From: the human T2T-CHM13v2.0 reference genome, Homo sapiens
DNA length: 64,000 bases
Reading direction: 5' to 3' (one strand)
NCBI RefSeq assembly: GCF_009914755.1
Contig: NC_060925.1
Shown: positions 19,170 to 33,289 of the stretch, in pieces
Layout: every line of letters starts with the position of its first letter
How positions within the stretch are numbered: position 1 is the stretch's first letter
Made by a program: the position numbers and the translations under genes
Notes under the pieces: generated by a model
Databases searched by the model: none
What the model was told of the DNA's origin: nothing
What the model saw: only the letters and a program-made list of their open reading frames with translations

Positions 19170-19480
19170 GTCATCCTTCATTCAGTAACAGACATTTTAT
19201 TGGATTTCTAATATAAGTAAGACACTGACTTGGAAATAACAAGAGGAACGAGACATTTTCTGCCCTCAGGAGCTTACAATCTAATAGAAGAAATAATTCA
19301 CATGTATAAATTGTTTTAATATAAGGAGCTATTTGGTGATACATGAGATGTACTTTAGGAGAGTAGAAAGGCAGAAGTTTGGAGAGATGAGAAAATTCAT
19401 TTACAGCAACAGTAGCTAAATCTGAGTTAGGAATTAAAAAGTTTTAGGGTCGAGCTGGGGAGGAGGGAAGTTCAATAAGA
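19170..19480 (-). mobile_element. L2 fragment
   Basis: cattcagtaacagacattttattg...ctgccctcaggagcttacaatctaatagaag. Confidence 0.6.
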
Positions 19481-19499
19481 GGGAATACCATCAGTAATA

Positions 19500-20005
19500 G
19501 CACAGACATGCATGTTAATATCAGCACAACTCACAGTGGCCAAAAACTCCAAACAACCCAAATGTCTATCATCAGAAAAACTGATATACTGAATTGGCAT
19601 ATTCATATAATACCATTCTGTAATGAACAACCAGTAAATGCAACAACGTGGATGAATCTCACATGTATAACTTTGAGCAAAAGAAACCAGACATAAAAGC
19701 AAATATGTCATGTCATACACAATATATGTAACCATTTACATTACCTTCCAAAAGGCAAGATTTATAGTGCTATAATCAAGACAGTGGCTATGGTTACCTT
19801 TGGGGGAAGAAGAGTTAAAGACTGGGAGAGGGGCACTGGAAGAAGCTCCTGGGGATGCTTGTTGTGTTCTATTTCTTGATCTGTGTCAGTGTTCACATGG
19901 GGGTGTTTGCTTTGTGAAAATTCACTAAGCTGTATATTAACGAGCTATGCATATATATATATATACACACACACACACATATACATATAATACTGCAATA
20001 GAAAT
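19500..20005 (+). mobile_element. Old L1M (L1MC/ME-like) 3' end
   Basis: aaacaacccaaatgtctatc...gcaacaacgtggatgaatctcac...tgttctatttcttgatctg. Confidence 0.8.
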
Positions 20006-20589
20006 AGAGAAAATAGCAAGCAAAGCGATGAAAAACTCAATGTATGTAAAGAGACTGGTAGGTCCACCAGGACAGGAGGTTTAAGGTAAATGTAGGGGAA
20101 CTAATTTGTGAAGATGGCAAGCATCTTGGTAGTAAAATGATAGGTTAAAAAAAAAAAGTGCCACACAGTTATTATACATGCTCACCCTCTCTTCTCCTCC
20201 AACAGCCCACTCCAACTCCTAAATAATTTGTAATCATTTTTCTGTACTTTGTAAGTTTAGAAAAAGGAGCTTTGGACAAGATGTTTGGGAAGAGTAAGGA
20301 GTGTTTAAGTTTGCTTTATACATTGTGAAAGAGTGAGGAATTGAAATACAGCTTGGCAATGATACAATTTACCTTATTTTAGCAATTCTCTCCTAATCTC
20401 AGTCAAAAAAGCAGACTGCACATGATTATTCTGTATAGAGGGGCTGGAGGATTCACCGAGGAGAGACAGGTAGAGGGTTTGTTGACTATTCCTGAGTTGT
20501 GTCAACTATAATACAGGATGAGAAAATGAAATGAAAATAAGCTTGCTCTGAATGTCAGGCAATTGTTAAGTCCCTTCTTCAGAGTTTTC

Positions 20590-20690
20590 TCCATTTAACA
20601 ACCATTTATTAAGCACCTACTATGTGCCAGGCTCCATTGCGTTGTGTTCTGGCAATATAAAGCCAAGAAAGACATTCCGTAGTCCAAATG
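20590..20690 (-). mobile_element. L2 3' end
   Basis: caaccatttattaagcacctactatgtgccagg. Confidence 0.7.
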
Positions 20691-21159
20691 GACATTTCTC
20701 AGATTTGTTTCTCAGATTCAGCCAGTCTCACTGAGAAATGTGATTGTCAGAAAGATAGAAAATACCCTAGACACTATAAAAGCTCAGTTAGTTTTGGGAG
20801 AGCTTTTCTAGCAGAGTTTCAAACATTGCTGCTTTGGACTACAGTTGACTTGGCAATAGAATATTTCATAGAACATTGTTAATAGGATTGTGCCTATAAT
20901 AGTACAGAAACGATTTGCCAAGCAAATTTCCAGTGGAAACAAGGGAAGTGTTAGCCTAGTTAAGAATGAGGAGCTTTAGATAGAGCATTTGCATTCAGAC
21001 AAAGAATATGCTAATTATAACTGAATCTTATCCACTTGTTAAAGCAGTTACAAGAATTTCCAACAGAGATATTTCTACTCCACCTTTCCCTGTTAGCAGT
21101 GTTACTGTAAGTACTTCAGATTAATAAGATTACATATATATTTCAAATCTTTAGCTCTA

Positions 21160-21585
21160 GTCTTCGTGACTCCTCTAAAATTCTAGACATTACAAACCAA
21201 GGAGACATTCCATGGGGACTCCACAGCTTCTCTTTAGAATCTGTTCCTGCTCCAGCCCTGCCAGTCCCAATCACTAACCACTCAGTCTCCTAAATTGGAA
21301 ACCTGAGAACCTTCCTAGACTCTTTCTTCCCTCACACCAAGTAATCAAGCAATCCAATCCACTATTTTCCAATTATCTCTGGAATTAGCTTCCTCTTCTC
21401 CATTCCAAATGCTGTATTTTCTAGCCCTTAGTATCTCTCATTAAACATTTAATATGAATTGTATTCTTCTCCTTTGTGTTCTTATCTCCTGTCTCTCCTG
21501 GCTTCAACCCACTCTCCTCAAGACCCCGGCTAAAGAGACCTTTCTAAAATGTAAATATGATCACTTCAAAGACTCTCTATTGCCA
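21160..21585 (+). mobile_element. L2 fragment
   Basis: ggaaacctgagaaccttcctagactctttcttccctcac...ctttctaaaatgtaaatatgatcac. Confidence 0.65.
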
Positions 21586-21639
21586 TGGAAGGAGAATAAT
21601 GTTCAAATCAAAATGCTTAACAATAAAAAAGTAATAATA

Positions 21640-22300
21640 TAATAATAAGAGAAATGCATATTAAAGCTACTTGGATTCCCCTGTCAGATTGACAAAAAAC
21701 AAAACAAGTTTCATAGCAACCTCTACCAGGGAGCTGTAAGGAACCAGCACTTTTATACATTGTCAGTGGAAGTGTAAATTGGAAAAATCCTGTGAAGAGC
21801 AATGTGGCAATATCTCTCAAAATCATAACACATAAACCTACAGTCACATTTCTAAAAATGTATTCTATACACATGCACTCACATTTGAGAAATTATTTAT
21901 ATACAAAGTTGTTGATTACAGCATTTTTTGTAATAGCAAAAGATTAGAAACAAATTTTAATAGGAAGCTGATTAAATAACCTGTTATACACCCACATAAT
22001 GAAATTCTATGAAGCTGCTTTTAAAAAGCAAAAAAAAAAAAAAAAAGAAAAACGAAAATAGAAAAGTTTACCAAACTCATTTATATTAAAGATGGGAAAC
22101 ACACATACACATAAATGTACATGCATGTATTTGTTTTGCTTAGATACGTTAAAATGAACTCTGGCAGTTTAGCTAAGAAACAAAAAGAAGTTGTCACCTA
22201 TGCTGTGTGTGTACTTCTCACTGTATTTATTTTTACACTTTTTTATTATTAGACCACATGAATATATTATATATCCAAATAATTAAATACATTTATTTTA
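21640..22300 (+). mobile_element. L1ME-type 3' end
   Basis: tgtcagtggaagtgtaaattgg...gcaatatctctcaaaatc...tttgtaatagcaaaagattagaaac. Confidence 0.7.
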
Positions 22301-22394
22301 AAAACATGCTTTAGCATGACATAAATGTTTCTTCTTCATTTATGCCCTGTCTACCTCTTTAGCTCACGTCCTATCATTCTACACCAACCACCAC

Positions 22395-22734
22395 TGTATT
22401 AGTCCATTGAAGAAATAGCCTAGAGTGGATCATTTATAAAGAAAACAGGTTTAATTGACTCACAGTTCCACATGGCTGGGGAGGCCTCAGGAAACTTACA
22501 ATCACAGCAGAATGGGAAGCAGGCACCCTCTTCACAAGGCAACAGGAGAGAGAATGAGAGCACGCACAGGAAAAACTGCCAGTTTTAAAACCATTAGATC
22601 TTGTGCGATTCATCACTATCATGAGAACAGTATGGGGAAACTGACCCCATAATCCAATCACTTCCCTCCCTGGACACGGGCAGATTACAATTCATGATGA
22701 AATTTGTGTGGGGACACAGAGCCAAACCATGTCA
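22395..22734 (-). mobile_element. Solo THE1 (THE1D-like) LTR
   Basis: TG...CA termini; ggtttaattgactcacagttccacatggctggggaggcctcaggaaacttacaatc; perfect 5-bp TSD accac at 22390-22394 and 22735-22739. Confidence 0.92.
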
Positions 22735-23199
22735 ACCACTCACACAAAGCCTATAGGTGGTGGAGAGCTGAACCTCTCATTAGTGTCTTTTCTTCTCTTA
22801 CTGTGTATGAGCAGGTTTTTTTTTTTCTATTCAGAATACCTCCTGATTCTCCTCTCTATCACTCCACCACCCCAGCACAGCCTGCATGGCCTCCTTAAAG
22901 ATTTGCTTCCAGTAAAGGGCGCATGCCAGCATATGCTCAGTATCCCCTGAATTTGCTCTAGCACCACACTTTTTATATGTACTAATTTTCATCAGCCTCA
23001 GTCAACTCCTAAGTTGTGTCTTACACAGTTCGGGGGTGCTCCAAGTAATGCTTACCTGCCTGTCACTTATAGGGTCCTTTTCTCACTTCCCATAATACTC
23101 CTCAAAGCTGTAGCCTTTAATTGTATTGTTTTCTAACTTTTTGTATCTAGTTTCTTTAATAAAATACTAAATCTTTAAGGGGAGTCTTTTTCTCTTAAT

Positions 23200-23632
23200 T
23201 GTAGTAATAATAATAATTGTTAAAATTTATTTACTTAACATCTTCTACGCTCTAAGACAGCACTATCCGAACATAATTTTTTGCAACGATGGAAATATTC
23301 TATATCTATAGATGGTGATACTAGCGCTTGCTGTGAGACTAACTGAATCATCAATTTTACCTTATTTTAATTAATTTGAATTTAAATAGTCACATGTAGT
23401 CAGCTACAATATTGGACAGTGTAGCTGTAGGCTCTGTGATAAACTTTTTATACATATTATGTCATTTAATCCTCACGAGAACCCCACAAGGCATTATTAC
23501 TATTTTCATCTTACAGATAAGAAAACTGAGCCCTAAAAAGTATAAATGATTTTTCTACAACTGCATAGCTAAAAACGGTTAATTTGGGGTTTGAACTGAT
23601 GTGATTTAATGCCAGAATCTGTGTTCTTAAAA
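23200..23632 (-). mobile_element. MIR interrupted by MER3
   Basis: tcatttaatcctcacgagaacccc...tattttcatcttacagataagaaaactgag. Confidence 0.7.
23259..23427. mobile_element. MER3-like hAT-Charlie MITE
   Basis: cagcactatcc...tttgcaacgatggaaatattctatatct...aatttaaatagtcacatgtag...tattggacagtg with degenerate TIRs. Confidence 0.7.
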
Positions 23633-23729
23633 CTTGGCAAAAAGGGGAAAGAGAAAATAGTAGCAGAGTCAAAAATTTATTCAAATTACATTCAGGTATC
23701 TAAGCAAAATATAGATTTTTTTTTATTAT

Positions 23730-23790
23730 TGTTAAATTAAATTTGGTTTGAGACTGCCTCCATAGGTAGCAAACTGCAATCTAACTTAGT

Positions 23791-23832
<42 letters not shown>

Positions 23833-24140
23833 CAACCTAACATGAGTATATTCTTGTAAGGAATAGCTGAATTCCAGCCAATCACACAGGCCGAGCTTCA
23901 GCCAATCCCAGGCTGCCAACTGATCAGACCATGTTTATAGAAGGCAAATGCTGAGCTGTAATCAATCAAGCTGTTTTTGTAAGTCACTTTATTTTTCTGT
24001 CTATAAATATTGCCTGTCCATGTTGCTGTGGGGAGCTCTCTGAACCTCTTCAGCCTGGTTCAAGGTGCTTGATTCATGAATTGTTAATTGCACAAATAAA
24101 GTCTGCTACTCGTAATTTCTTTGATGTTTTTCTCTTAACT
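23730..24140 (+). mobile_element. ERV1 solo LTR (MER57 family)
   Basis: tgttaaattaa...ctgcctcc; repeated ctgcaa(t/c)ctaac; two agccaatc boxes; aaggcaaatgctgagctgtaatcaatc; tataaat; aataaa. Confidence 0.8.
23796..23828 (+). repeat. A33 homopolymer inside the MER57 LTR
   Basis: Counted directly. Confidence 0.95.
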
Positions 24141-25325
24141 TTTTTTTAAATATGTGTATTGAGGCAAAATGCATATATAGTATAGCTCATAAGCTTATAG
24201 TATAGCTCATAAGTTTTATAGCTCAATGAGTTTTGATAAACGTACAAACTCAAGTCATCTGCACCCCATTCAAATAAGAAATTTCACCACCCCAGGGTTT
24301 TCTCTTATTCTTTCCCAGTCAATCCCCACAAAGCCTCTGCCATCAGAGGGAATAGCTCTTCAAATTTCCTCTGCCATAGATTATTTTTATGCCTATTCTA
24401 AAATTTTGTATAAATGAAGTTATTGAGTATGCACTTTTTTGTATCTGGCTTCTATTGGTCATAGTGTTTTTGAATGCCATCTATGTCATTGTATTCGTAG
24501 TCTGTGCCTTTTTATTATTGACTAGTATCCCATTGGATGAAAGTATCCTCATTACCTATTCTCCTGTTGATGAACATTGAGCTTCCTTCCAGTTTGGAAC
24601 TATCATATGCAAAACTACTATAATCATTCTTATACAACTCTTTTTGTAGATTATATTTTCATCTCTTTTACTAACTGTCTAGAAGCGAAATTTCTGGGTC
24701 ACAGGGTAGGCATATATTTAACATCATACAAAACTTTCAACCTGATTTCCAAAGTAGTTGTAGTGTTTTACATTCCAAAAACAATGCATTTGAATTCCAG
24801 TTGTTCCACATACTTGTCATCATTTGATTTGGTTAGTCTTTGCAATTTTAGCTATTTGGGTGCATGTATAATGGTATCTGATTGTGGTTTTAATTTGAGT
24901 TTCCCTAATGGCTAAAAATGTTGAGTATATTTCCATGTACTTTTTAGTCACCTATATATCTTGTTTTGTAGAGTGTCTGTTTATGTCTTTTGCCCATTTT
25001 TCATTGAGGTGTCTTTTTTGTTTTCCAGGAATTATTTGTATATTTTAGATAAAGTCCTTTGTCATAGGTACACATACTGAGAATATTTCCTCTCAGTTTG
25101 TTGCTTCCATATTGATTTGTTTGTACTATATTGTATTGAATTGAATTTATTCAATTACGTGAATAGTGTTTTCTGATTAGAAGTTTAAATTTTGATGATT
25201 TCTAATTTTTCAGTTTTTCCTTTAGAGTGGCTGCTTTCTGCATCTTGTCTAAGAAATATTTGCTCACTCCAGTTTTGCAAAGGTATTCTTCCATGGTTTT
25301 TTCCTGGAAGTTTTAAGGTTTTTAG
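24141..25325 (-). mobile_element. Old L1M (L1MC/MD-like) 3' end
   Basis: tatagctcaatgagttttgataaa...tgattgtggttttaatttg...ttttgcccatttttcattgag; 20-bp tandem duplication near 24176-24220. Confidence 0.82.
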
Positions 25326-25399
25326 TGGTTTACTTTGTACAGAAGGCATATCATTCAGTTTTACAAAATTGTGTGATCAATAAAGTGTTGAGGTACAGG

Positions 25400-26008
25400 A
25401 GTGTGTGGGATTGTTCGACTGCCAACTTGTTTACACTGGGAGCCACACGTCTCAACACACTCTTCCCTTTATGGTCCTGAGTGTGAGTTGGCCTAAACTA
25501 AAGTTGCATGAGTTTGGCAAGTGAAAGTGAAGCAGCAGCCATTACTTTCTAGAGATGTTTACTGGTAAGAGGTGGTGAGAAAACAGAGGCAAAAGTGCTG
25601 ACAGTTTCCAGTTTTCCCTCTTTCTTCTCTGTTCCGTTTCCAACTCTTCTTCCTCTTGTTTGTTCTTGTAACCAACATTCACTCTAATCTCACAAGACAC
25701 TTTACTATGAACTCACAGAGGCAGTAGCCAATAAAAGCCAACAACATTTTACAGATTCTATGCTAGCGCCTTTTGTGGTCCTACTGTGGCAGCTAGATGA
25801 GCCAAGCTTCAGATTTCTCTGTAAGCTCTGACTTGCTCAGCTGGACTAGGGCTGGTTAGCAACCTTCCTCTGATCCTCTATTCCCCTCACTGGACTTTTA
25901 CTTCCCCAGTCGTTCCCACATTTGTGTAAGGACTAATTCCTATGACAAATTTCCTATTCTATTATGCTCATATTAGTCCAACTCCCCCAAATGAATGTTT
26001 ACTGATAT
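25400..26008 (+). mobile_element. Old ERVL-type LTR (LTR33/41/52-like, family uncertain)
   Basis: tttggcaagtgaaagtgaagcagcagccatt...ctaattcctatgacaaatttcctattc...tactgata resembles old ERVL LTRs. Confidence 0.45.
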
Positions 26009-26014
26009 CATGAG

Positions 26015-26413
26015 TGATATGGTTTGGATGTTTGTCCCCTCCAAATCTCATGCTGAAATGTGATTCCCAGTGTTGGAGGTGGGGCCTAGTGGGAGATGTT
26101 TGGGTTATGGGGTTGATCCCTCATGAATGCCTTGGTGACATTCCCAAAGTATTAAGTTCACATGAGACTTGGTTGCTAAAAAGAGCCTGGTATCCTTCTT
26201 GCTCCCTCTCTCTTGCTGTTTCTCTTTTCATGTGACACACCTGCTCCCCATTCACCTTTTGCTATGAATGGATGCTTCCTAATGCTTTCACCAGAAGCCA
26301 TGCTGGTGCCATGCTTGCACAGCCTGCAGAACTGTGAACAAAATAACCTACTTTCTTCATAAATTACCCTCTCGTAGGTATTACTTCATAGCAATGCAAA
26401 ACAGACCAACCCA
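26015..26413 (+). mobile_element. Solo MSTB-type MaLR LTR
   Basis: tgatatggtttggatgtttgtcccctccaaatctcatg...cagcctgcagaactgtga...CA end; 5-bp TSD atgag/gtgag. Confidence 0.9.
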
Positions 26414-27749
26414 GTGAGGAAGGGTGGAAAGAATGGAAAGAAAAAGGTAGGAAAGATTCAAAAGCTCAGTGTTGCAGAAACTAATATAAGGGTTGCTTGG
26501 AAGCCTTTAGTTGCTTCCTATAGCTGCAATGATGTCATGTCATGATTATATTGTGTAGAGAAAAAAGCAGTTTCATTCCTATTTTCGCCATTCATTATCA
26601 CCTTGGATAAGTCATTTTAGCCTTTATCTTCAGTTTCACCACCTTTTTTGTAGCTTGCTTTCTTTACACAGGTCGTTTTAAGGATACCATGGAATAAAGC
26701 CTTTCAGTGCTCCCTATAAATGTAAATGTGTTTCGACGTGTAAACATTACTATCCTCAGCATTACTATTATCATTCTTATGATTGTCTGTTTGCATCTCC
26801 ATTAGGTAAGATAATCTGTCACTTTGGCTACTTTTTTTGCAGATCCAGGTGAAAATTTAGAAGAGAAGAAAGAAACTAGAGACGCCAAGTTGCTGTGAGG
26901 GTTTGAATTCTCTGTGGATTTCTATTATCTCTCTCATACCAATTCCCCTTTACCACATAGTCAAGAGCTGGTTGAACCACTCTTGCCCATGGGAGAATTA
27001 ATGCATATGCAAGTTAGGAAATCATGTCTGGGTTTTTCAAAGCATCCTGTCCAATAAGCTCTCAGCCACACCACAGGTTATCCCACTCAGGGTGATGGTA
27101 TGCTAGAGGCATACCAAGAGAGTACTTCTGACAGCAGAAGTTTAGTCACATGGTCTCCCCTTTTTACGTTAATTGATGTTACAGTCTGCTGCCTTTCCTT
27201 TGCCATATTGAAGGGGAATGGGAGTGTGAGGGATCTGAAACAACCACAGAAATAATAATGAGGTGAAAACATGATGTTGTTGAAAAAGCATTGTTCATTC
27301 AGGAGACCTAAGTTCCAGTCTTGGCTTGGGAAATAACCATGGGGAGCTCCAGTAAAGTTCCGGACTTCATTTATAAAATTAGGAGGTTGTACTGGCAAGA
27401 TTGTTTCCAAACTGCTTTCCATTGAGACCTGGTGCTCTGTGTTAGGGACAGGGCTCTGTCCTGGCCACTGGTGTAGTCAAGGGGACAGGATGATGGGCTG
27501 TGTATCTCCTTTTCACCTAGGTCACTTTTACATCCCTCTGACTCATATTTTATAAAGTTCAAAGTAACATTTAATTAAAATCAGAACTCTTTTGCATAAA
27601 AGAAAGCTTAAAAACATATTCTACTGGATGTTTTTATGATTATTTACAGCTTTAAATGCTATAAAATCTAAGTTATTTACAGGAAATTCTCCTTATCCTA
27701 ATAAAGGCCATACATGTCAAACCTTATTTATTCACTAATTTGTACATTA

Positions 27750-28000
27750 ATTAACATTATACATTAATTAACATTATTGAATACAGATATAGAATTTAGA
27801 GCTAAGGGAAGAAAAATGATTTTAAAACCTCTCTTTACCATTGGCTCTCAAAGGCCTAAGGGGGTCAGACAAGCAAATGAAAAACTATAATAAAATGTGA
27901 TAAATGTTATAATAGAAGTTGGTAAAAATTGCTATAGGAATATAAAGGAATCCATTCATTCTGCTGGAGGGCTTTGAAAATGTATCAAATGATAGTTTTT
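27750..28000 (-). mobile_element. L2 fragment
   Basis: ggctctcaaaggcctaagggggtcagacaagcaaatg...ataataaaatgtgataaatg. Confidence 0.5.
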
Positions 28001-29299
28001 TATTTCTGCAACAGATTGACCTGCAGACTTGCATTTGTTTGGGTTCATATTCAAATGATTTCTTCATTTTTCTGAGCAGGAAGAAACAGTCCTGGGATGA
28101 ATTCCTAGGCCATCAAAGTTGGAAAACGTGCCACAGATAATTCACAAATGGGAAAATCCACATATGGGCAATTCAAAGATGGCTATATATTGCTTTACTG
28201 TCAAGTCGAAGAAAATAAAAAAGACTGTCCAAATATATCCTTTCAAGTACACAATCAGTACATTACTTTAATATAAAAAATAAGTGTAATGGAGAAAGAG
28301 CTCTGTTTCCCAGGTGCCTAAATCATTGCATCGTGTTCTTCTCTAACTATGAAAAAGGTTTGCATTTACTCTCAACACATATTTCATTTGGCTTGTTGAC
28401 AGTTTATGAAGGGCAAGAAGAATTTCTCCCCTCATGTCTGATCAAATGCACAGAGAAGTGCCAGCAATTAACTTAAAACTCTGGCAGTCGTAGTGTCCCA
28501 TGCCTCATTTCACAATAGGTCTGTAACTCTGACCCCGTAATGACGTCTTTCCTCAGTAACTTATTCCCTCAGTTATCCACTGCTTACTTGTCATAGGTTT
28601 ATAGCCTTGAACCCTTTTTGCCTCTATAAATTTCCAAAAGCACAGATCTTCATGCAATTTATGAAATTGTGAAACAAAGCATGCATGCATGGGAAACTTT
28701 ACTTCTTTGTCTACATTGAACCACATTAAAAAAAGTCATAAAACACGGGGATTTGGGGTTTTTATTCCAAACAATCTTTGCATAATTCAAAATGTATATG
28801 TCTATAGATATGATTAATTTTTTTAAGTTAATATTGATGGTAACTCTGCTAGTAGCTACTGAATGTAAAAGTATTTGATATAGCTCTAATAGTATTCAAA
28901 GTGTTTTATTTTTATCCACTGTGAGAATTCCTCATAATTTTCCAGCTTGGGATATAAGTTTAGTGAAATTAAAACTGCATGACCCAAATTTATGTAATAC
29001 ATTATATTCAGTGCCAATTATCAGGTTTCCATGATTATATTTTAAGTCTGATTCATCCTTTAATGCTCAATCCTCTACGATGCCAGTCATCATCTCAACT
29101 CACACAGGTTCTCCCTTCTGTGAACAAACAGCACCCGGACATAAACCACGTCTTGGAGTAAATTAGCTCTAATAATTTTATGTGTGGTTTTCTTTTTCAC
29201 ACAACTAAAATGTAAGTACTGCATTCCCCCAAGTACAGAGCAATTATGTCTTGCTTTCTTTCCTATTACACACACCAATAGCCTCTCATTGATTTACTC

Positions 29300-30010
<711 letters not shown>

Positions 30011-31922
30011 AAGGAGAAGGGAGATAATTGTTTTAATCAATTTTTCCTCATTTTTAATACAACATATTAAAAGGTATGTGCAATGTTAAAGTTCTTTGTT
30101 GGAAGTCTTCTGTGGCAAAACTACTCTATAAATAACACAAATAAACTAATTACTAAATATTGGATTCACTTTTAAGAAGAGTAAATAAAACTCTCATTGG
30201 AAAAAAACATGTTAAGCTACCTGAGGCGCCTTGCCTTATACAGGAACTAAATCTCTTTATTTCTAAGAATGAGTATATTTTACTCACTAAGATGAGACTT
30301 GATTATACCTTTCCTTTCTAGAATCCCTGAGGGCCAGGTAATTCTATGGTGGTGGTATCCTTCTTGAGTTAAATAACTGTGTATAAATTGTGGGGACAGG
30401 GCAGAAAAGAGAAGTCAAATAAGAGACTAAGAACTACACTCAATTGAATCATTTCATTTATTGTATAGGGGCCAGAGATTCTCAGCAATAGGATTTTCTA
30501 AAATGAACCAACAAAATAAATCGTGTTACTCCTTTACCATAGCTCAAATCTATCAGGAAACAATAATGATAATGATATTTATCAGTTATTGAGAATTTAT
30601 TTTGTATCTGAAAATGTGCTAGGGACTCTGTATATTTTTTCATTATCATACAACCCTAAGTTAGGCATTATTATTTTCATTCATAAGTACTCATTAAATG
30701 TTTTTTAAATTCGTGACTAAATACTCCACCTAGCTAACTGCTCAAGAAACAGTTCAATTCACCCATCCAACAATAAAAGTTCAGCAAATTCCATGTGTCA
30801 TGCACCTAGCAAATCTTCCAGCTTCCTTGGAATCTGAACCTAGTTGGCACTTACAGAGAAATAAACAGCCATGCCATGCAAATACAACTCATTCATGGTA
30901 CTTGTCACATATTAAATATTTACTGAATAATTGCATGAATAAATGAATGAATGAAAAACAAAAGTGCTCCAAAGCCAGTGTATTGAGGAACTTCTTAAAA
31001 GACCAAAGAGGTAATCCACATTGCTTCATTCTGAAACAGACTGCCAAAATGAGCATCTTTCCATCAATGTGTGGGAGTAACTTTCATTCTCCTCTTCTTG
31101 CCTTTCCCATACTGCTTCATAGCACCTTAAAGCCAAATGGAAGAAAGAAAGTAGCAAGGAGCGAAAAACTGAACATCACTATCCTTTGTCTTAACAATAA
31201 AAGATTTGGGACAAATTCGATGGATTTGATCAATGGATCTAACAAAATAATTTGAGACTTTATGACTTATTGATCAAGGAACTATGCCTGAGAGGTGCCC
31301 ATCCATCAACTTTGAGGCCAGAGAACTCCCGGAGAAAACACTGCTCCTGCTGCAAATCACAGTCACCTTTCTGAATTCAAAAGTTCAATGGCTCTGTAGA
31401 CCAGAAAAACCTCGGCAAGGCCTATCAAGACATTATTCTTTCTGGAGGAGAGAAGAGGAGAAGAAAGAACGGTTAGTAGACACAATCAACTAGAAACTGG
31501 GTATGCACTATGGACATGATCCTCGCCATGACCTTGTCAGATAAGTGATGAGATTCTTATTCGACAGATACAGAAAGTGGGGCTCAGAACAGTTCAGCAG
31601 CCCACCAGACAAACATCTAGTCCATGAGTTTGCACCAAATCTCTATCTCACTCTTCCTCTCCAGCCAACTCACTGGACTCCACAGGGATATATTTCCTAT
31701 GGGATTTGTGAGTCAGAATAGCACAAAGAGTGAATTACATGTCCAGATAAAAACAGCTTATTCTAATCCTTATAGAATTCATTTTTCAAGAAAAAAAATC
31801 GAGCAACTGCAAGGTGTCAACATTTTTCTAAGCACTGGAATACAACAGTGACCAAAGGTAAACAAAGGTCTTCCCCTCGAGGAGTTTACCTTCTGATTTA
31901 AGAGACAGAAAATACATAATAA

Positions 31923-31923
<1 letters not shown>

Positions 31924-31972
<49 letters not shown>
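31924..31972. repeat. (TG)24 microsatellite
   Basis: Perfect dinucleotide run. Confidence 0.98.
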
Positions 31973-31974
<2 letters not shown>

Positions 31975-33289
31975 TAAATTTGCTTAATCTATGAGGCAAA
32001 ATCTTTAAAGCATCACTAACCTTTTTTTTAATATGCTACTTTGAAGCTTTCTTCCTAATTTCTGGAGGAAATCTAGAAATTATATATTATAGCTTTTCTC
32101 ACCATTTCCAGATATTTATTATTCAATAGTCTTATTTTCAGAAATTTAAATTCTAATCCAACTTAATATCAAAATATCACTGTCTCATCAATTTTTAGAT
32201 TTTAGCTTATCCTCCAGCTTGGGCTAAGAAATCTGCAACAGGAAAGGGATAGAAAATAGGGTTAGATTCCTGTTTTCTAGTCTTATTCATACCTCATTTT
32301 GTTGCCTTTAATTCTTCCAGGGCTGGGGGATAGGGAGGAGGGAGGAGAGGAAGGACAGTTAAGGGGCAGGAGAGGTCTTAGTTCAGTAAACTGCAGTCTA
32401 GCCCTTTCTTTTATGGAGAACTTTATAGGTCTTTTGGTGGTCTTCTCTCACAGGAGGCCTCTCTTAGAAGCATTTGTTGACAAAATTCTTGCCTTCCAAT
32501 CAAGTCATGTATGACCCACCCACCCATCTACTCACCCTCCTAACCTGCAGCCCTACTGCAACAGTCCGCACGCCACCTCTAGCCTTTCTGCCGAGTGCCT
32601 TCCACTGGCAGGAAACTCTCTTGGGTAAGGTCTTCTTCAGGGAAATTAAAGGCTGGGCACTTGTTCAGGTCTACCTTGTCCTCTGAAAAACATGGTCATC
32701 TTTGTGTTATCATCAGTGAATGTAGCTTGCTCTCGCTGTGCCCCTATCCACTCACTCTACCTTCAGAGAGGAGCTCCCGAGGCAGAAATCCGACATCCGT
32801 CCCTGTGTCTGCCAACCTTCCACCCCATCCCAAATCTAGACATACAAGTCACATTTGCTGAGCAGTTTTCTTGTAAATGATTTACTTGGCTTATGCGAAA
32901 GGGGAAGTTTCCCTCCCCTCAAGGGGAGAGAGTCAATAAACAATGTAGCATTGGCATCTCTCTTCAGAAAGATACTTGCTCTCCAATCTTCCTCTTATCA
33001 ATCATCTCACATCTGCTTACATACCCTTGAGATGAAGGGCTAAGAGCCACTGGAGAATTTTTTAAACCTCTTCTCACAGATATACATAGAAGTTATGGCA
33101 CTTTTCTTTATTAAGTGCAAGCAATTAACACCTTTTGCTTTCACCTTTGCTGCCTCAGATAAATCTAGGAAAACAGAAAAACTTTTATCATGTGACCTGT
33201 TATATACATAATATAACTTCACTTAGAAGTGAGTGTTATGAAAAACAGTAAAGCAGAGAAAAGGACAGAGTGTCAAAACGGTGAGTTGT

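Noticed and set aside
30947-31493. Two adjacent ORFs (102 and 69 aa) in unique sequence
   Set aside because: No recognisable domain, no convincing splice structure and no processed-pseudogene hallmarks.
32454-32624. Plus-strand exon-like segment (ttctctcacag|G ... TGG|gtaagg)
   Set aside because: All three frames contain stops and no partner exons were found. Splice-like pairs arise often by chance, although a non-coding exon cannot be excluded.
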